Assembly: GCA_951406725.2 (NCBI GenBank)
Contig: OX597820.1
Span: forward strand, 124,930,001 to 124,994,000
Direction of reading: 5' to 3'
From: Octopus vulgaris
Lineage: Eukaryota
DNA: 64,000 nucleotides
Part shown: positions 13,362-26,189 of the stretch, piece by piece
Numbering within the stretch: position 1 is the stretch's first letter
How the letters are laid out: each line of letters starts with the position of its first letter
Translations under genes and position numbers: made by a program
The notes under the pieces: generated by a model
The model's input: only the letters and a program-made list of their open reading frames with translations
Database searches by the model: none
Told to the model about the DNA's origin: nothing

Positions 13362-16300
13362 TGAAGGAAAATATTTAAGTTAATGCTGCTTCATATTCCA
13401 CAAAAGACAATGACTTTTAAACAACAACTGATTTGAGAACTACATGCCTCCCGCCCGATATCTCGTAGGCTCAAAAGGAAAACGATGTCTGTCTTCGAAG
13501 GTTTCATATAGTTGAGATACTGAACGGTTGTGACAGAATATTAAATTGACATCATTGTATTGAACACGTCTGAAATAGACATGATAGACATTATAAGGAA
13601 TAAATTACAAGATAGTAAAAGAAATAGGCTTGAAATTGTTGACTGGTTGCTATTCAGCGATTGTAAAGATTAATCATTGGGCAACAGTGGTATTCTCATT
13701 AAGATACTTGTGCTTAAATACTGTTCCTATATCTTGCCAAAAAGTGCTTCGAGAAAAGTGACCCAAAAATGTCGGAGTTAGGTAGTAAAGCGCACGTGAC
13801 CAATGCTATGTTAATTAATTTTTTACTGACCGTGTGAATTGCGGTCGGTTTCAATTGCCTTGCCTGTAATATTTCCTCTGGCTTAATTTCCTGTCTTTGA
13901 ATGCTCAACATATTTTAACTGTGATTTTTTAATTTAGGAATTGTGCACTACATAATCAATGCTTCTGTTTCATATTTATTTCCCCATTACTGGTATTATT
14001 CTCAGGTACTGACATGCTTCTTATTGTTGTTTTAGCGTTTCGTTCTCAGAATACACAAAATGCTTAGAAAATTTTTAAAACATTTCTGCCCCATATTCTG
14101 AAATTCATTACTTTAAACTCTGTTTCGTTCCATAAATATAGCAAAACGTTTAATTTTTGGTGTTATTCACACGAGATTTCTATCGGTTTTATTGCATTTT
14201 CTCTAGTTCTGCGATGTTTCTTTGGTACTAGAATTATTGTAATATATGCCACAAATGTCTTCGCATTTACAGTAACTATTCCTTCCTTCGTCAGATTTTA
14301 GATCGTTTATGAGTGATAATTCATATACCGTGCAGTTGAAAGAATTACAATTTTTCTCTGAGTCAAATCTAAATTAGCATCGATTCCATTGTAGCTCAGC
14401 GTGTTTAAATGGATTGCCACCAGACAGGGAAAAGGAAACAAAGGGTTTCTTTTTTAGAATATTTCTTATCAAAAAGAAATATGTAAATTTGCAAAATGTT
14501 TCTTTACTACTGCAACATTAAAACTGTTCGCTGTTTAGTCATATCTTTGAATGCTCACATACCTTTGCTGCACATTGCTCTTGACTAACGTCTCTAAAAT
14601 ATACGTTTGGGAAAATCACTCAATAATTAATTCTTTTTGGTCTCCTACTCAACATTATTACAGTATTCACTAAGCCTAAGATAATGCGGGGGCTCGATTA
14701 CTTTGCATGCTCTTTGCATAAGGCGTTTTTATCAGTTTTATGTTCTTGAACATATTTAAATTGCGATACGTTTACAGTTAAGTCTCTCAGTTACCAGCGT
14801 ATTGACAGGTTATGTGTGTATAGTTTCAGGTAATACTTGTTAGTCGTGGTAACAGTGATATTTTCCCATCACTTTGATGATTTTCAGTTTGTTGTTAAAT
14901 ATTTTTTCCTAGTAATTTAACTCTTGCTCTTAAATATTACAACCGGAGTTTTCCAAATTGAATATTATTTGCACTTTTCGTTTGTATTCGTTTCTTGCAT
15001 CCATCGGAGTCTTTTTAATCTGAATTGGCCTTGCATATTTTGAACGAGCTTGTCGGTGTTTTGACTGATCATAAATATGGTAGGTCGATATCAAACAGAT
15101 CCGATATATTGTCTATAGAAACATTACTAACTGTTTTCATGTTATAGATTATATAAAATTTAGTGACAGCCTCTCCTCTTCCAACTTTCATTGTGAAAAC
15201 ATTATCTACGTCACAATACATTTCTGAAGAATTTGGTTCTTTATATTGTGTTTTTAAATTTAAATATTCATTATTGGCTTCTGTAAGGATTCTTATTATG
15301 ATTATTATGCTTTACATGAGAAATGAAATGTGCAACTGTAGGCAAAGAGGTGTTTCTGAGGTCCAAAGAACATTGTTTTTTTCTGGTCGATGGGAGGATT
15401 TTTTTTATTTATTTTCGTAATCTAATCTATTTTGCCGAGTTGCTTTTTTTATGTTATTTTAATGAGTATAATATACGTCGGTGTATGTACGCAGTATGGT
15501 TGTACCGAGTCTGTCTTAGCATATGATTTTGTTTCTTGTTTATATTTTTAGCCCGCTGCTGTTATTGGTATTGATTTCACTGACATGAACCACATCATGT
15601 AAATATTTTCACCTGTATATATCCAGCTTATCAAAATATAAGCATTGTCTTTCCACTCTTAAAAGTTATATTTGGAGTGTTTTCATTGATCATCCTTTCA
15701 ATCTGAACCATCATGTCTTATACACTTCTATCGAAATTGATGTTATATACAGTATTGATATTGTGTCTGCGAATATGTCAAAGAACCGGCACGTTGCTCA
15801 GCAGTTACCGCTGCAAACTCAATAACAGCTGTGTATGAACTGGGACTTGGCAGCTGAAATCATACATTGCACTGGTTGCATACAATTGAGTAATGTTAGC
15901 TATTTTTCTTTTTGTTTGTTGATTTATGTTTAATAAGATCGGTTGATAAAAAGGTCTTTACATTAACTTTGGGGTGTTGACTGTGTAATGACGTTAATTA
16001 ATATCTGGAAGAGGTTTTGTTTACGGACTTCAATTAAATTAATTTCTAATTTATTATATTCAAGTGGTAGTTTCTATGGATTAGTTTGCCTCTTCTACAG
16101 TGTTACTTTTCTCATATGCATAAGATTTGAAAATAACTTTCAGTTCTCGAACCACAAAAATATGGAAAATGTTATGCCTGGCATTGTCTGCTATGCATTG
16201 TCTTTCTTTAAACATGTATATTTCTCGGCGCTGATTACGATGTCTGATGTCATGTAAGGATGTATTTTCTTATAACTAGTAGACTAAATTGCAGACATAT

Positions 16301-17235
16301 ACAAACCGTTCATCAGTTAGTCGACTGTACATTATTTTTCTCTCTTTTGAATTACAAATGATGAAATTTAACAATTGGATATGCATGGGTACCTATTGGA
16401 ACCGATGTCGCATTTTTAGAAATAAAATGTGAAAATAATATAAAATTTCTTCCGTTAGTGTGAAAAAGGGTAAAACAGATGAGTAACAAAAAAAATTAAA
16501 ATCCAATATGCTATAACTTGAGTATTGATTACGATTTCTTGATAAAAGTATATCATTGATATTTTTATATTTTTTTATATAATCCTTTGATGCAGTCAGC
16601 TGAAGTCTGAATGTAAACTACGTATTTAGTGAAATATAACGCAGCTGCTTATACTGCGCAAAATCTTTTGCATATGTCAATAATATGTCTATTAAATTTG
16701 CATACATCCATAGCATTACTTCTCTATTATGTTTTCTAACCGATCGTTCACTAATGTGTTCAAGGGAAATTTCTGTAAAGTGCTTCCTAACGTAAAGATA
16801 TGTAATAATAATAATTTTCTCGCTAACCAATTTTTTGTGATAGAAATCAAAGAATTATATGATTTTTTTTTTTCAATTTTAGCACATTACTAACGACAGA
16901 AAAATGCAAATTTGATGAATAAAACGCTGAAAACTATACATAGAAAATAACAAATATTAGAAGTAGACAATTGCATAAAACATTTTAGTTCCAAATACTC
17001 ACCAATCATGAGTAATACATCTCTATCTCTTTATTTTGTGTTATAAAAGTTAAAACGCAAACTAAATGTCTCTAATAATAGGCAGAAACTTGTTATCGGA
17101 GAAAATGGAGGCCGAGCAAATGAGCACTTCGACACCATATTTCTTCTCCACTATCTTTGTCTTTCTCGTTTTCTCGATATGTCTCTCTCCATACATACTC
17201 ATATGCATACATACATATGCATACACACTCTCTCT

Positions 17236-17293
<58 letters not shown>

Positions 17294-17519
17294 AACACAC
17301 ATATATAAATTATATATTTATATTATATATACATATACATATAAATACATGTATATTTATATATGGATGTATTTCTATCTATCTATCTATCTAGCTAGCT
17401 AGTTATCTGTTTATATGTGTGTCTATATATGTGTCCATTTGTATATCTCTGTCTGACTGTCTGTTTATCTATCTGTTTATCTTTCTATCTGTCTGTCTCT
17501 CTGTCTGACTGCCTGGCTG

Positions 17520-17596
<77 letters not shown>

Positions 17597-17989
17597 TTAT
17601 CTATATATTCATCTATCTATGTATGTATTTATGTATGTATGTATCTATCTGTATATCTATCTATTTATCTATAGTGACGGGATAGGATAGAAAGAATCCA
17701 GGGTACATATGTTTCATAGCAAGTGGAATCTCTTTGCATCAACATTTACCTCTTGGACACAGCGTAGCATTTCATCTACTCTGGCCTGAAGAGTAGCCAG
17801 CGTATAGATCTCACTTGGATTTTACCACTTCTGAAGTTCCACCCGCTCTAAACCCTATGTAGACCGGATCTTTCCTACTCCATTCCGTAACTCTTGTATT
17901 CTTTTTCGCACATTCAGATCCCCTGTTTGCCTACCATGAATATGTAAAGAACTCCTTTTCTGCTTATCGCTCTTCGATAAACAAAAATA

Positions 17990-19591
17990 ACCCGCAATTT
18001 CCGTCTCAAATGTTGCAAACTATGTACCCTGGAGCAATCAACATATAGGCGACCACAAGAAAAGCAACCCAGTAGATTTTATAGACTCTTCTTGAGCTTT
18101 ATACATTGCAAAGCAAAGTCGCCCTGGAGACTGTATTCATTTGAACTCAAATGGCATGCCTGTTGGTTTGATTGGAATTCTTGGAATGAAAGTCTTTTCC
18201 CCAGGGGCACATCCATTAATGATGGTAGCTTTGTCACATTAGGTGTTAATGTCTTCACAATCAACATTGTACCACTGCATAATTTAGGAGGATCTAAATT
18301 TCTTAGGAGCAATGTTAGGACTCAAACCTTCAGAGAAAGTTTACGTTGAGGAGTTCCAGTGCCTCAATAGTATTAAAGAACTCTATTGTGTAATGGACAG
18401 ATTAATTTTCATCAAGGACTGAATCAACTGATTTTACTTATTAATGACGGTTGGAATCTTTTTTCATTAATTCATGGTTAATCCTTTCTACTGTCTCATT
18501 TATGGAGTAAGAATTGCTCTCTCATACAATCATTTATATGAATTATAGTTATTACTGAAGTCTGGAAATACCGTTCTTCAATTCAGCTGGGGAATTCAGT
18601 TTGATAGCGATATGAGCAAAACTGATATCACCATTTCCATCAAATGGTACTTATCCATTTCTAAATTAGAGGAACAAGGTTGAAACCTGTTTTGCACATT
18701 GGTCCCCATGTAACGAATTTCGCATATTAGTATTGAGGGATAATTTCAGTACTTTATTCCATAGGTGTGGAGACTTAATGCATGCTTTTATTTCACCAGA
18801 TCTTATTCGTCTCACAATGACTGGTAATGTCTGCCTGAAATCTCCTAGTAAATCTGCAACTCGTCCCATAGATTTATTCTTGCCTCTGATGCCCTGCAAA
18901 GTCTTCCCATGTGACATGTTGTATTAATTCAAAAAAATAAAGAGGCATTGGCACAACACAACCTGAATCTTTGCTTCTATTGCTTCTATCATTTTTGACC
19001 AGGTTTAATGGTAATTTAAAAGCAGAATGAGTTGTTTGTCCTCCTGGCAGAATGACGGCAGCAAAGCCAGACAACGTTACAGCAACTGCAATCTTTTTTG
19101 TTACCTTACCTTGGAGAGAAGCAATGTCACACATGTTTTACCTGTGCCACCAGGATCATCAAGAGAGAAAATTCTTCTGCTTTTGTCTGGCGATTGGAGA
19201 ACGCCGCACACTCGCATACATATACATACAGTATCAACCATTAGAAGAAATGGACGTGTGTGTGTGTGTGTGTGTCTGTGTGCGAGAAACAGAGAGAGAA
19301 AGAGAGAAAGAGAGAGAGAATGCCACTTAGACATCATTCTCTTTCTCACTCACACATGTATACATACATTGAAAAAAGATGTATACATATCTATCCATGT
19401 ATGTACGTATACATGATAACACACTCTTCACTAACACACACGCACATGCATAAATGTTTACAAACGTACAGACAAAACACGTGTGCGCGTGTGACTGAAT
19501 AAAAATACATAAAAAGTTTTTAGGGAAATTAACGAAGTGTACGATTTCGTAACGAAAGAAGCGTGGATTGTGTGTGTGTATGTGCGTGTGT

Positions 19592-19627
<36 letters not shown>

Positions 19628-19983
19628 TGCAAGCAATGAATGAGATTAATATGGAATGAAAAGGTCGTGTAAATAAAAACACGGAATATTTAATTTTATT
19701 TAAATTTATGAACTTCGTAAATATTTCTTTCAGTAAGTTACGTAGTCATTTACAAATAGCGAACATTAAAATAGAGAGTGAGAGACCTCGCCGGTTTTAC
19801 GTCAATACCGGAAGTTGGCAATGTGAAACCTTTTTAAACAACTGAGTCATAAATATGAAGCAATAATTTTATTTTTAAAAGATCAAATGAAGAGGTGAAA
19901 TTATTCATGCATCATATGTATGGGAGTAATTGGTGAAGTCGTTTTCCCGTGAACAGCGAATACACAGACATATCTATTTTATA
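17990..19983 (-). mobile_element. Internally deleted Helitron with PIF1-like helicase pseudogene
   Basis: Ordered motifs on the minus strand: IFSLDDPGGTGKT (Walker A), VTLSGFAAVILPGGQTTHSAFKLPL, LLGDFRQTLPVI...IKACIKSPHLWN, MLLRNLDPPKLCSGT. A Helitron-like 5' start ATATAAAATAGATATGTCTGT lies at ~19983 and is less certain. Confidence 0.88.
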
Positions 19984-20175
19984 TCACTGCGAATCTGGTT
20001 CCCAGCCAAATGTCTTTCATGTTGGGAAACAAATGATAGTCAGATGGTATATTATCAGGGGTATAGAGACGGTGGTCAACCAGTTCAAAGCCACAGTCTC
20101 ACGCAGTAACCAGGAGCCTTGACATTATGAAACAAATCCCGTTTTCACAGTATTACTGGGCGTTATATATCCTTA
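19982..20175 (-). repeat. Near-identical local duplicate of mariner fragment 21448-21664
   Basis: Base-by-base match except a few substitutions and a ~22 bp deletion. Confidence 0.92.
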
Positions 20176-20311
20176 AACTCATTTCAGTACTGGTTTCAGT
20201 CACTGAGAATTATCAACTCTAACAATTAAATAATTAAATTTAGAAAAATTAAAAGAAAAGTTTTTATAAAAAGAATATTTGTATAGTGTTCAAATACAAG
20301 TGACATTTTTC

Positions 20312-20370
<59 letters not shown>

Positions 20371-20468
20371 CTAATTAGAGACAAAACCACTATTATGCAA
20401 ATCAAACAAAGAAAGACTTAATCCAATACATAAAAAAATTTAATATAAAGTAAATAAAATTAAATTCG

Positions 20469-20514
20469 CCACTACAATTGTTTCATGTCTCTTCAAAGGA
20501 CATTCATCAGGTGG
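20469..20514 (-). ncRNA. Minimal type I hammerhead ribozyme (intact core)
   Basis: Minus strand: CCAC CUGAUGA AUGUC cuuugaaga GACAU GAAA CAAUUG UA GUGG. Stems I and II pair, stem III is palindromic and the cleavage triplet is GUA. Confidence 0.88.
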
Positions 20515-20566
20515 ATTTCAGATCTTCTATTCAATTTAAGTGAATTTGGATTTATTCCCTAATATT

Positions 20567-20632
<66 letters not shown>

Positions 20633-21252
20633 TTATATCTATTTAGCTAGCTAGCTATCTGTCTGTCCCTCTACCTATATATATATATATATATATATAC
20701 AGAAATAATAACTTGAATAGTCTAGTTATAAGTATCTTTGGAATAAATGGTTAAGCAGAGAATACAAATGGCGGAGAGGCGAAACAGTGCATTATATGGT
20801 CACTTTTACATGATCGGTATTCTGTTTAAGGACAACGATGCAATGAATAATTCGATGTTTTAACTCAGAAAGAGAATACCCTGAGACTATCTATGTGTGT
20901 GTGTACATATCTGCATGTGCGTCTTTGTGTCTTTGTGTCCGTGTGAGAGTGTGAATGTGTGTGTGTGACTTTGTACTGTGTATGTATGTAGGTACGTATA
21001 TACGTACAGATGCATGCGTGTATCTGATGTGTATGTGTACAATCTTAACATTTTATCAACTGGCATGAATTCATATTACTTTCTTTACAGTATATATCAC
21101 TGAATACGAACGCACATTTGTTAATATACACATATGCGACTGGATATAAGTGCGTGTTTGTGTGTGTTTGTGTGAGTTCATGTATGCTTGCGCGCGCGTG
21201 TGTCAGTGTGGAAAAGATTTTAGTTTTATTCTGACTTATTATTTATTCATAA

Positions 21253-21665
21253 ACAGGAGGCAGCTGAAAAGTTCATAGGTTCACCAAGTTTACATTCAAG
21301 GAAAGTAACTATACGAAGTTAATATTTCATCATAGTAACCTTTGCGGTTTACAGTCTTCTTACATTAGTGTGGCAGTGCTTGGATTCCATTGGTGAAGAA
21401 GGTCTTATCCTGTTTGTTTAACAGGTCAACAGTAGATATGACGCCGTTATCACTGCGAATCTGGTTCCCAGCCAAATGTTTTTCATGTTGGGAAACAAAT
21501 GATAGTCAGATGGTATATTATCAGGGGTATAGAGACGGTGGTCAACCAGTTCAAAGCCACAGTCTCACGCAGTAGCCATTGAAAGCAAGTACGTCTGTGA
21601 TGGAGCCTTGACATTATGAAACAAATCCCGTTTTGACAGTATTACTGGGCGTTATATATCCTTAC
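21253..21665 (-). mobile_element. Mariner (DD34D) transposase 3' remnant with TIR-like end
   Basis: Minus strand encodes, across frameshifts, GFELVDH...SDYHLFPNMK, KHLAGNQIRSDNGVI...FFTNGIQALPH*CKKTVNRKGYYDE, the typical mariner C-terminus. Confidence 0.85.
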
Positions 21666-22929
21666 TGTGTGTCAATGCTTGATAGAGGACTTAGGCTGTA
21701 CTATTAGTGACAGTATTCTAAATTTTAGAGATACTAAAACTGAGCTTATTCCTATTCGCTTTCAGAAGAATCCTTTTTTTGTACAAGTTTCGTTATATTG
21801 CATGTCTAGTGCCAAACACACATAGTCCTACGCGCACGCACACACACATACCAGTGCCCCTATGTGCGCGTATACGTATGCACTCATACATCTTACACGT
21901 GAATATGTAACGAATTATATGCTCATAGATTAATGACTCAGAAATCACCTGCTATCCTTATTTTATAACTATTTCGCAACCCAGAACTATTTATAAATTT
22001 AACGAAGATATTTATGTCATGTATTTTCAATTGGGCGGACGGAAATACAGAGGTCAACTTGTATTGTCTACCATACTGCGGCTATGAATCGAACACGCTA
22101 CTCTGTAGTTATCATAGGTTAAATATCTTATAATCAAGTATGAATTACCTTATGATTCATTGTCGTTTTTGTGGCTTTACCTCAAGAAAATTTTTCTCTC
22201 GTATTATAAGTGATACATCTACGAAAATATTTTCTGTACAACCTATACACAAAATAATATTAAACTAATTGATGCATTTAACTTATATCCTGTAATGTTT
22301 CTATTACTAAAATGAATCGCATCAAATAGAAATAACTTCTCAGAAATTATTAACCTAAATTTATATTTTTCACTAATGTTATACCAAATCAATAATTACG
22401 AAAGTTTAAAATAATTTCAAACTGACCTTTCCAAAGATGTAAGTAATTGCTCTGCTCGTTAAAACTCACGTAACCGCTGCTGAGTTAAAGTAAAGACATT
22501 TACTACATGTATTTATTATAATATCCTCAAGTAACAATTGCTAAAAATAATTCAAGAAATCTTGCCATACATATATTTATTATGTAATTATGTGCTAGTG
22601 AGCGTTGCGTTGTATACTGATATGTATTATACACAAGCGTGTATATGTACGAGATATTATGTGTCTATGAATATAGGTATGTATCTTAAGATCTGACTTA
22701 ATATCATCTTTACATGAGAGAATGTAAAATACTGAACATGCTGAACATACAGAACACACATGCATATCTAGGTACATACATACATACATGCAAACTTATA
22801 TATATATATCCATTCATACATTCATGCACAAACAAGCACACATGTATATAGGTATAGGTTTCTTAAATCAAAAAGTATGAATAGGCTTCAATGTAAGCCC
22901 ATTATGTGTACACTTCTCTCTCTATCAAA

Positions 22930-23203
<274 letters not shown>

Positions 23204-23393
23204 ATATCACGTTGAAAGCTCCGGTTCTCGTCCGATCACCGAAGTTAAGCAACATCGAGCCTAGTTAGTAATTAGATGGGTGACCGCTTGGGAACCCTAG
23301 GTGCTGTAAGCATTCCACTTCCCAGGTGGTGCTATTAAGTTAGACATGGCCTGGGCCAATACTGGCCAAAACCTTTCTAAGTTATTCTAAGTC
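23204..23393 (+). mobile_element. 5S rRNA-derived sequence fused to a repeated 3' tail (candidate SINE3)
   Basis: 23204-23311 is 5S rRNA lacking its first ~10 nt (atcacgttgaaagctccggttctcgtccgatcaccgaagttaagc...gatgggtgaccgcttgggaa...gtgctgtaagc). There is no oligo-T terminator. The tail recurs at 37583 and 61441. Confidence 0.85.
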
Positions 23394-23394
23394 A

Positions 23395-23465
<71 letters not shown>

Positions 23466-23490
23466 ATAAATATGTATATATGTATATATA

Positions 23491-23527
<37 letters not shown>

Positions 23528-24239
23528 GTATATATATATATGTGTATATATATATATGAGTTGAGTATAGAGATTCGGGGTGAGTACTTGATAATTATAA
23601 GCACCTGTGTATACCGTTTAGTGGTGTAGGTGGTGGAGTAAATTGATCAAAATAAAAACATGATGCCAAGGATTCAGCGGTACATATGTTTCGGGCCTTT
23701 ATTAGACAGATTTATAACAATGCATAATGTATGTCTGTGGCCTTCTTCAGCCGCGCACAACAGCTTCCACAAGGACATGTGTTACATCAAAAATTCTTGG
23801 TTGGGGATGCAAATCCTCTCATTCGCGTACGACATAATGCGGCAACAGCATAGAATTGAAGCGTCCATCTCTTTCTTCTCTCAATGTAGAATGAGGAAAT
23901 TTGGATGTTGAAGTAATGTAAATAAATAAATACATATATAGACGTGAAGATGGAGGGGCGAGAATTCAGGACGAGGGATAAAAAATGTATGTATAAAAAA
24001 TGTAAGTATAGAAAAATATAAAAATGTAGAGTATAAAGATATAAAGGGATATAAGGAGATGTAAAGGGGTATAAAGAATATAAAGAAATATAAAGAAATA
24101 TAAATGAATGTAAAGGCATAAGGTTATAAAGTAAAGATAGAAATAGAAATACAAGTAAAAAGTAAAAAAATAAAAATAGGAATAAACATGATAAAAATGT
24201 AAAAAATTATTAAAAAATATTAAAAAATATCAAAAATAT

Positions 24240-25383
24240 CACAGGTGCCAGACAGAGATGGCAAACGGCCACGAACGGATGGTGCTTTTTATGTGCCACC
24301 GGCACAAGGGCCAGGCGAGGCTGGCAACGAACACGAAACGGGGCGGTGCTGGCAACGGTCGCGAAACGGAAGGTTCTCTTACATGCCACCGGCACTGGTA
24401 GCACATCCGCAATTTCCATTGATCGATTTCGATTCTGATCCTCACTTGCCTTAACGGGTCTTCACAAGTAGAGTTTTGTGTCCCAAGAAGTGAAGGTATG
24501 CATACGTAGGCTGGCTCCATCCCAAGTAGAAGGCCACGGGTTATGGACTCACTTGTCCTGCCGGGTCTTCTCGCGCACAGCACACTTCCAGAGGACTCGG
24601 TCTCTAGTCATTTCCTCAGTGAGACCTAAAGTTCGAAGGTTGTGCTTCACCACCTCGTCCCAGGTTTTCCTGGGTCAGCCTCTTCCACAGGTTCCCTCAA
24701 ACGCTAGGGTGTGGAACTTTTTCACACAACTATCTTCATCCATTCTCGCCACATGACCATACCAGCGCAATCGTCTCTCTTGCACACCACAACTGATGCT
24801 TCTAAGGTCCAGCTTTTCTCTCAAGGTACTTACACTCTGTCGATTATGAACACTGACATTACACATCCATCGGAACATACTGGCTTCATTTCTTGCGAGC
24901 TTACGCATATCCTCAGCAGTCACGGCCCATGTTTCACTGCCATGTAGCATGGCTGTTCGTACACACACATCATACAGTCTGCCTTTCACTCTGTGCGAGA
25001 GGCATTTTGTCACCAGCAGAGGTAAGAGCTCTCTGAACTGTGCCCAAGCTATTCTTACTCTAGCAGTTACACTTTCAGCACACCCGCCCCCGCTGCTGAC
25101 TTGGTCACCTAGGTAACGGAAACTATCAACTATTTCTAGTTTTTCTCCCTGGAAAGTGACGGAAGTTGGTCTCAGAGCATTTTCAGTGTTTATTGTTCCT
25201 GAGCATCTGCCACATGCAAAAACCATCTTCCTAGTTAGCCTTCCTTTGACATTGCTGCACCTCTTATGTGTCCATAGCTTACACTTGGTGCATCTTATAG
25301 AGTTTCTACCTACACCTTTTCTACAGATCGAGCAGGGCCATCTACCTGAAGGCGTTTGTGATTTGTCTACCTTCCTACTGATT
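24240..25383 (-). mobile_element. RTE-clade LINE, 5'-truncated, RT C-terminus plus 3' UTR
   Basis: ORF carries FRYLGDQV, RVRIAWAQF, LHGSETW, RRLRWYGHVARM and GRG*PRKTW. The frame stays open apart from one TGA. The 3' UTR has gccaccggcac subrepeats. Confidence 0.92.
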
Positions 25384-25384
25384 A

Positions 25385-25512
25385 CGACATTTTTGGCCTG
25401 ATCTGCTTCTCCATTGGTGAGCCTCGCTGTCCATGGAATCCGTAAAAGTCTTCTCCAACACCAAAACTCGAATGCATTAATTCTCTTCTGGTCAGCTTTC
25501 TTTAGTGTCCAG
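25385..25512 (-). mobile_element. RTE-BovB-like fragment of a second family
   Basis: WTLKKADQKRINAFEFWCWRRLLRIPWTARLTN. Confidence 0.85.
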
Positions 25513-25704
25513 AATAAGGAAAGGGTAGAGATGATTTAAAAAAATATATAACAGTGGAAGCTTTGAAGCAGTGGTCAACGACTGACATCAATGCGTCTCA
25601 GCATTCATTCCATTGACCAAGTGTTTGGAGAGGATTCATTCATCACAATATTTTCAATTTGAACCAAACTCTAGTGATAAACAAAGATGGATGTATATAG
25701 CTAT

Positions 25705-26070
25705 ACATCATTACCATCGTTTAATGTCTTCCTTGCATGGGTTGGACAGTTTGGCAGGAGCTGGACAGGCAGGAACCAGCACCATGCTTCTGTGCCTGTT
25801 TTGGCATGGTTTTTGCAGCTAGATGCCCTCCCTAGCACCAACCACTTTGTAGAGTGGGCTGAATGCTTTTTACATGGCACATGCACAGGTGAGGTCAGTT
25901 TTGGAATGACTTTTTTTTTTTACAGCTGGATGCCCTTCCAAATATTAACCAATTCACAGTGTGAACTGAATTCTTTTTACGTGGCACCAGCACTGGCAGG
26001 GTCACCAAGAAACTTGCAAGACAAAGATCCTTTGAGAGGGGAGGGAGCATTGAAGGAGGTGATCTCGTGT
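25705..26070 (-). repeat. RTE-type 3' tail / SINE-like repeat with internal subrepeats
   Basis: Two units of tttt(g/a)cagct(a/g)gatgccct.cc...accaa...tttttac(a/g)tggcac, similar to the motifs at 24280-24400. Confidence 0.5.
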
Positions 26071-26085
26071 CCACTCTATTATATA

Positions 26086-26147
<62 letters not shown>

Positions 26148-26189
26148 GGGTCCAACCCATGCTAGCATGGAAAATGTAATTGTACAACA

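Noticed and set aside
23204-23311. Functional 5S rRNA gene
   Set aside because: Lacks the first ~10 nt and the oligo-T terminator, is not in an array and is fused to a repeat tail.
23960-24240. Purine-rich degenerate tandem repeat as CRISPR or satellite
   Set aside because: Low-complexity ataaag.at slippage next to a LINE tail; no spacers, and the context is eukaryotic.
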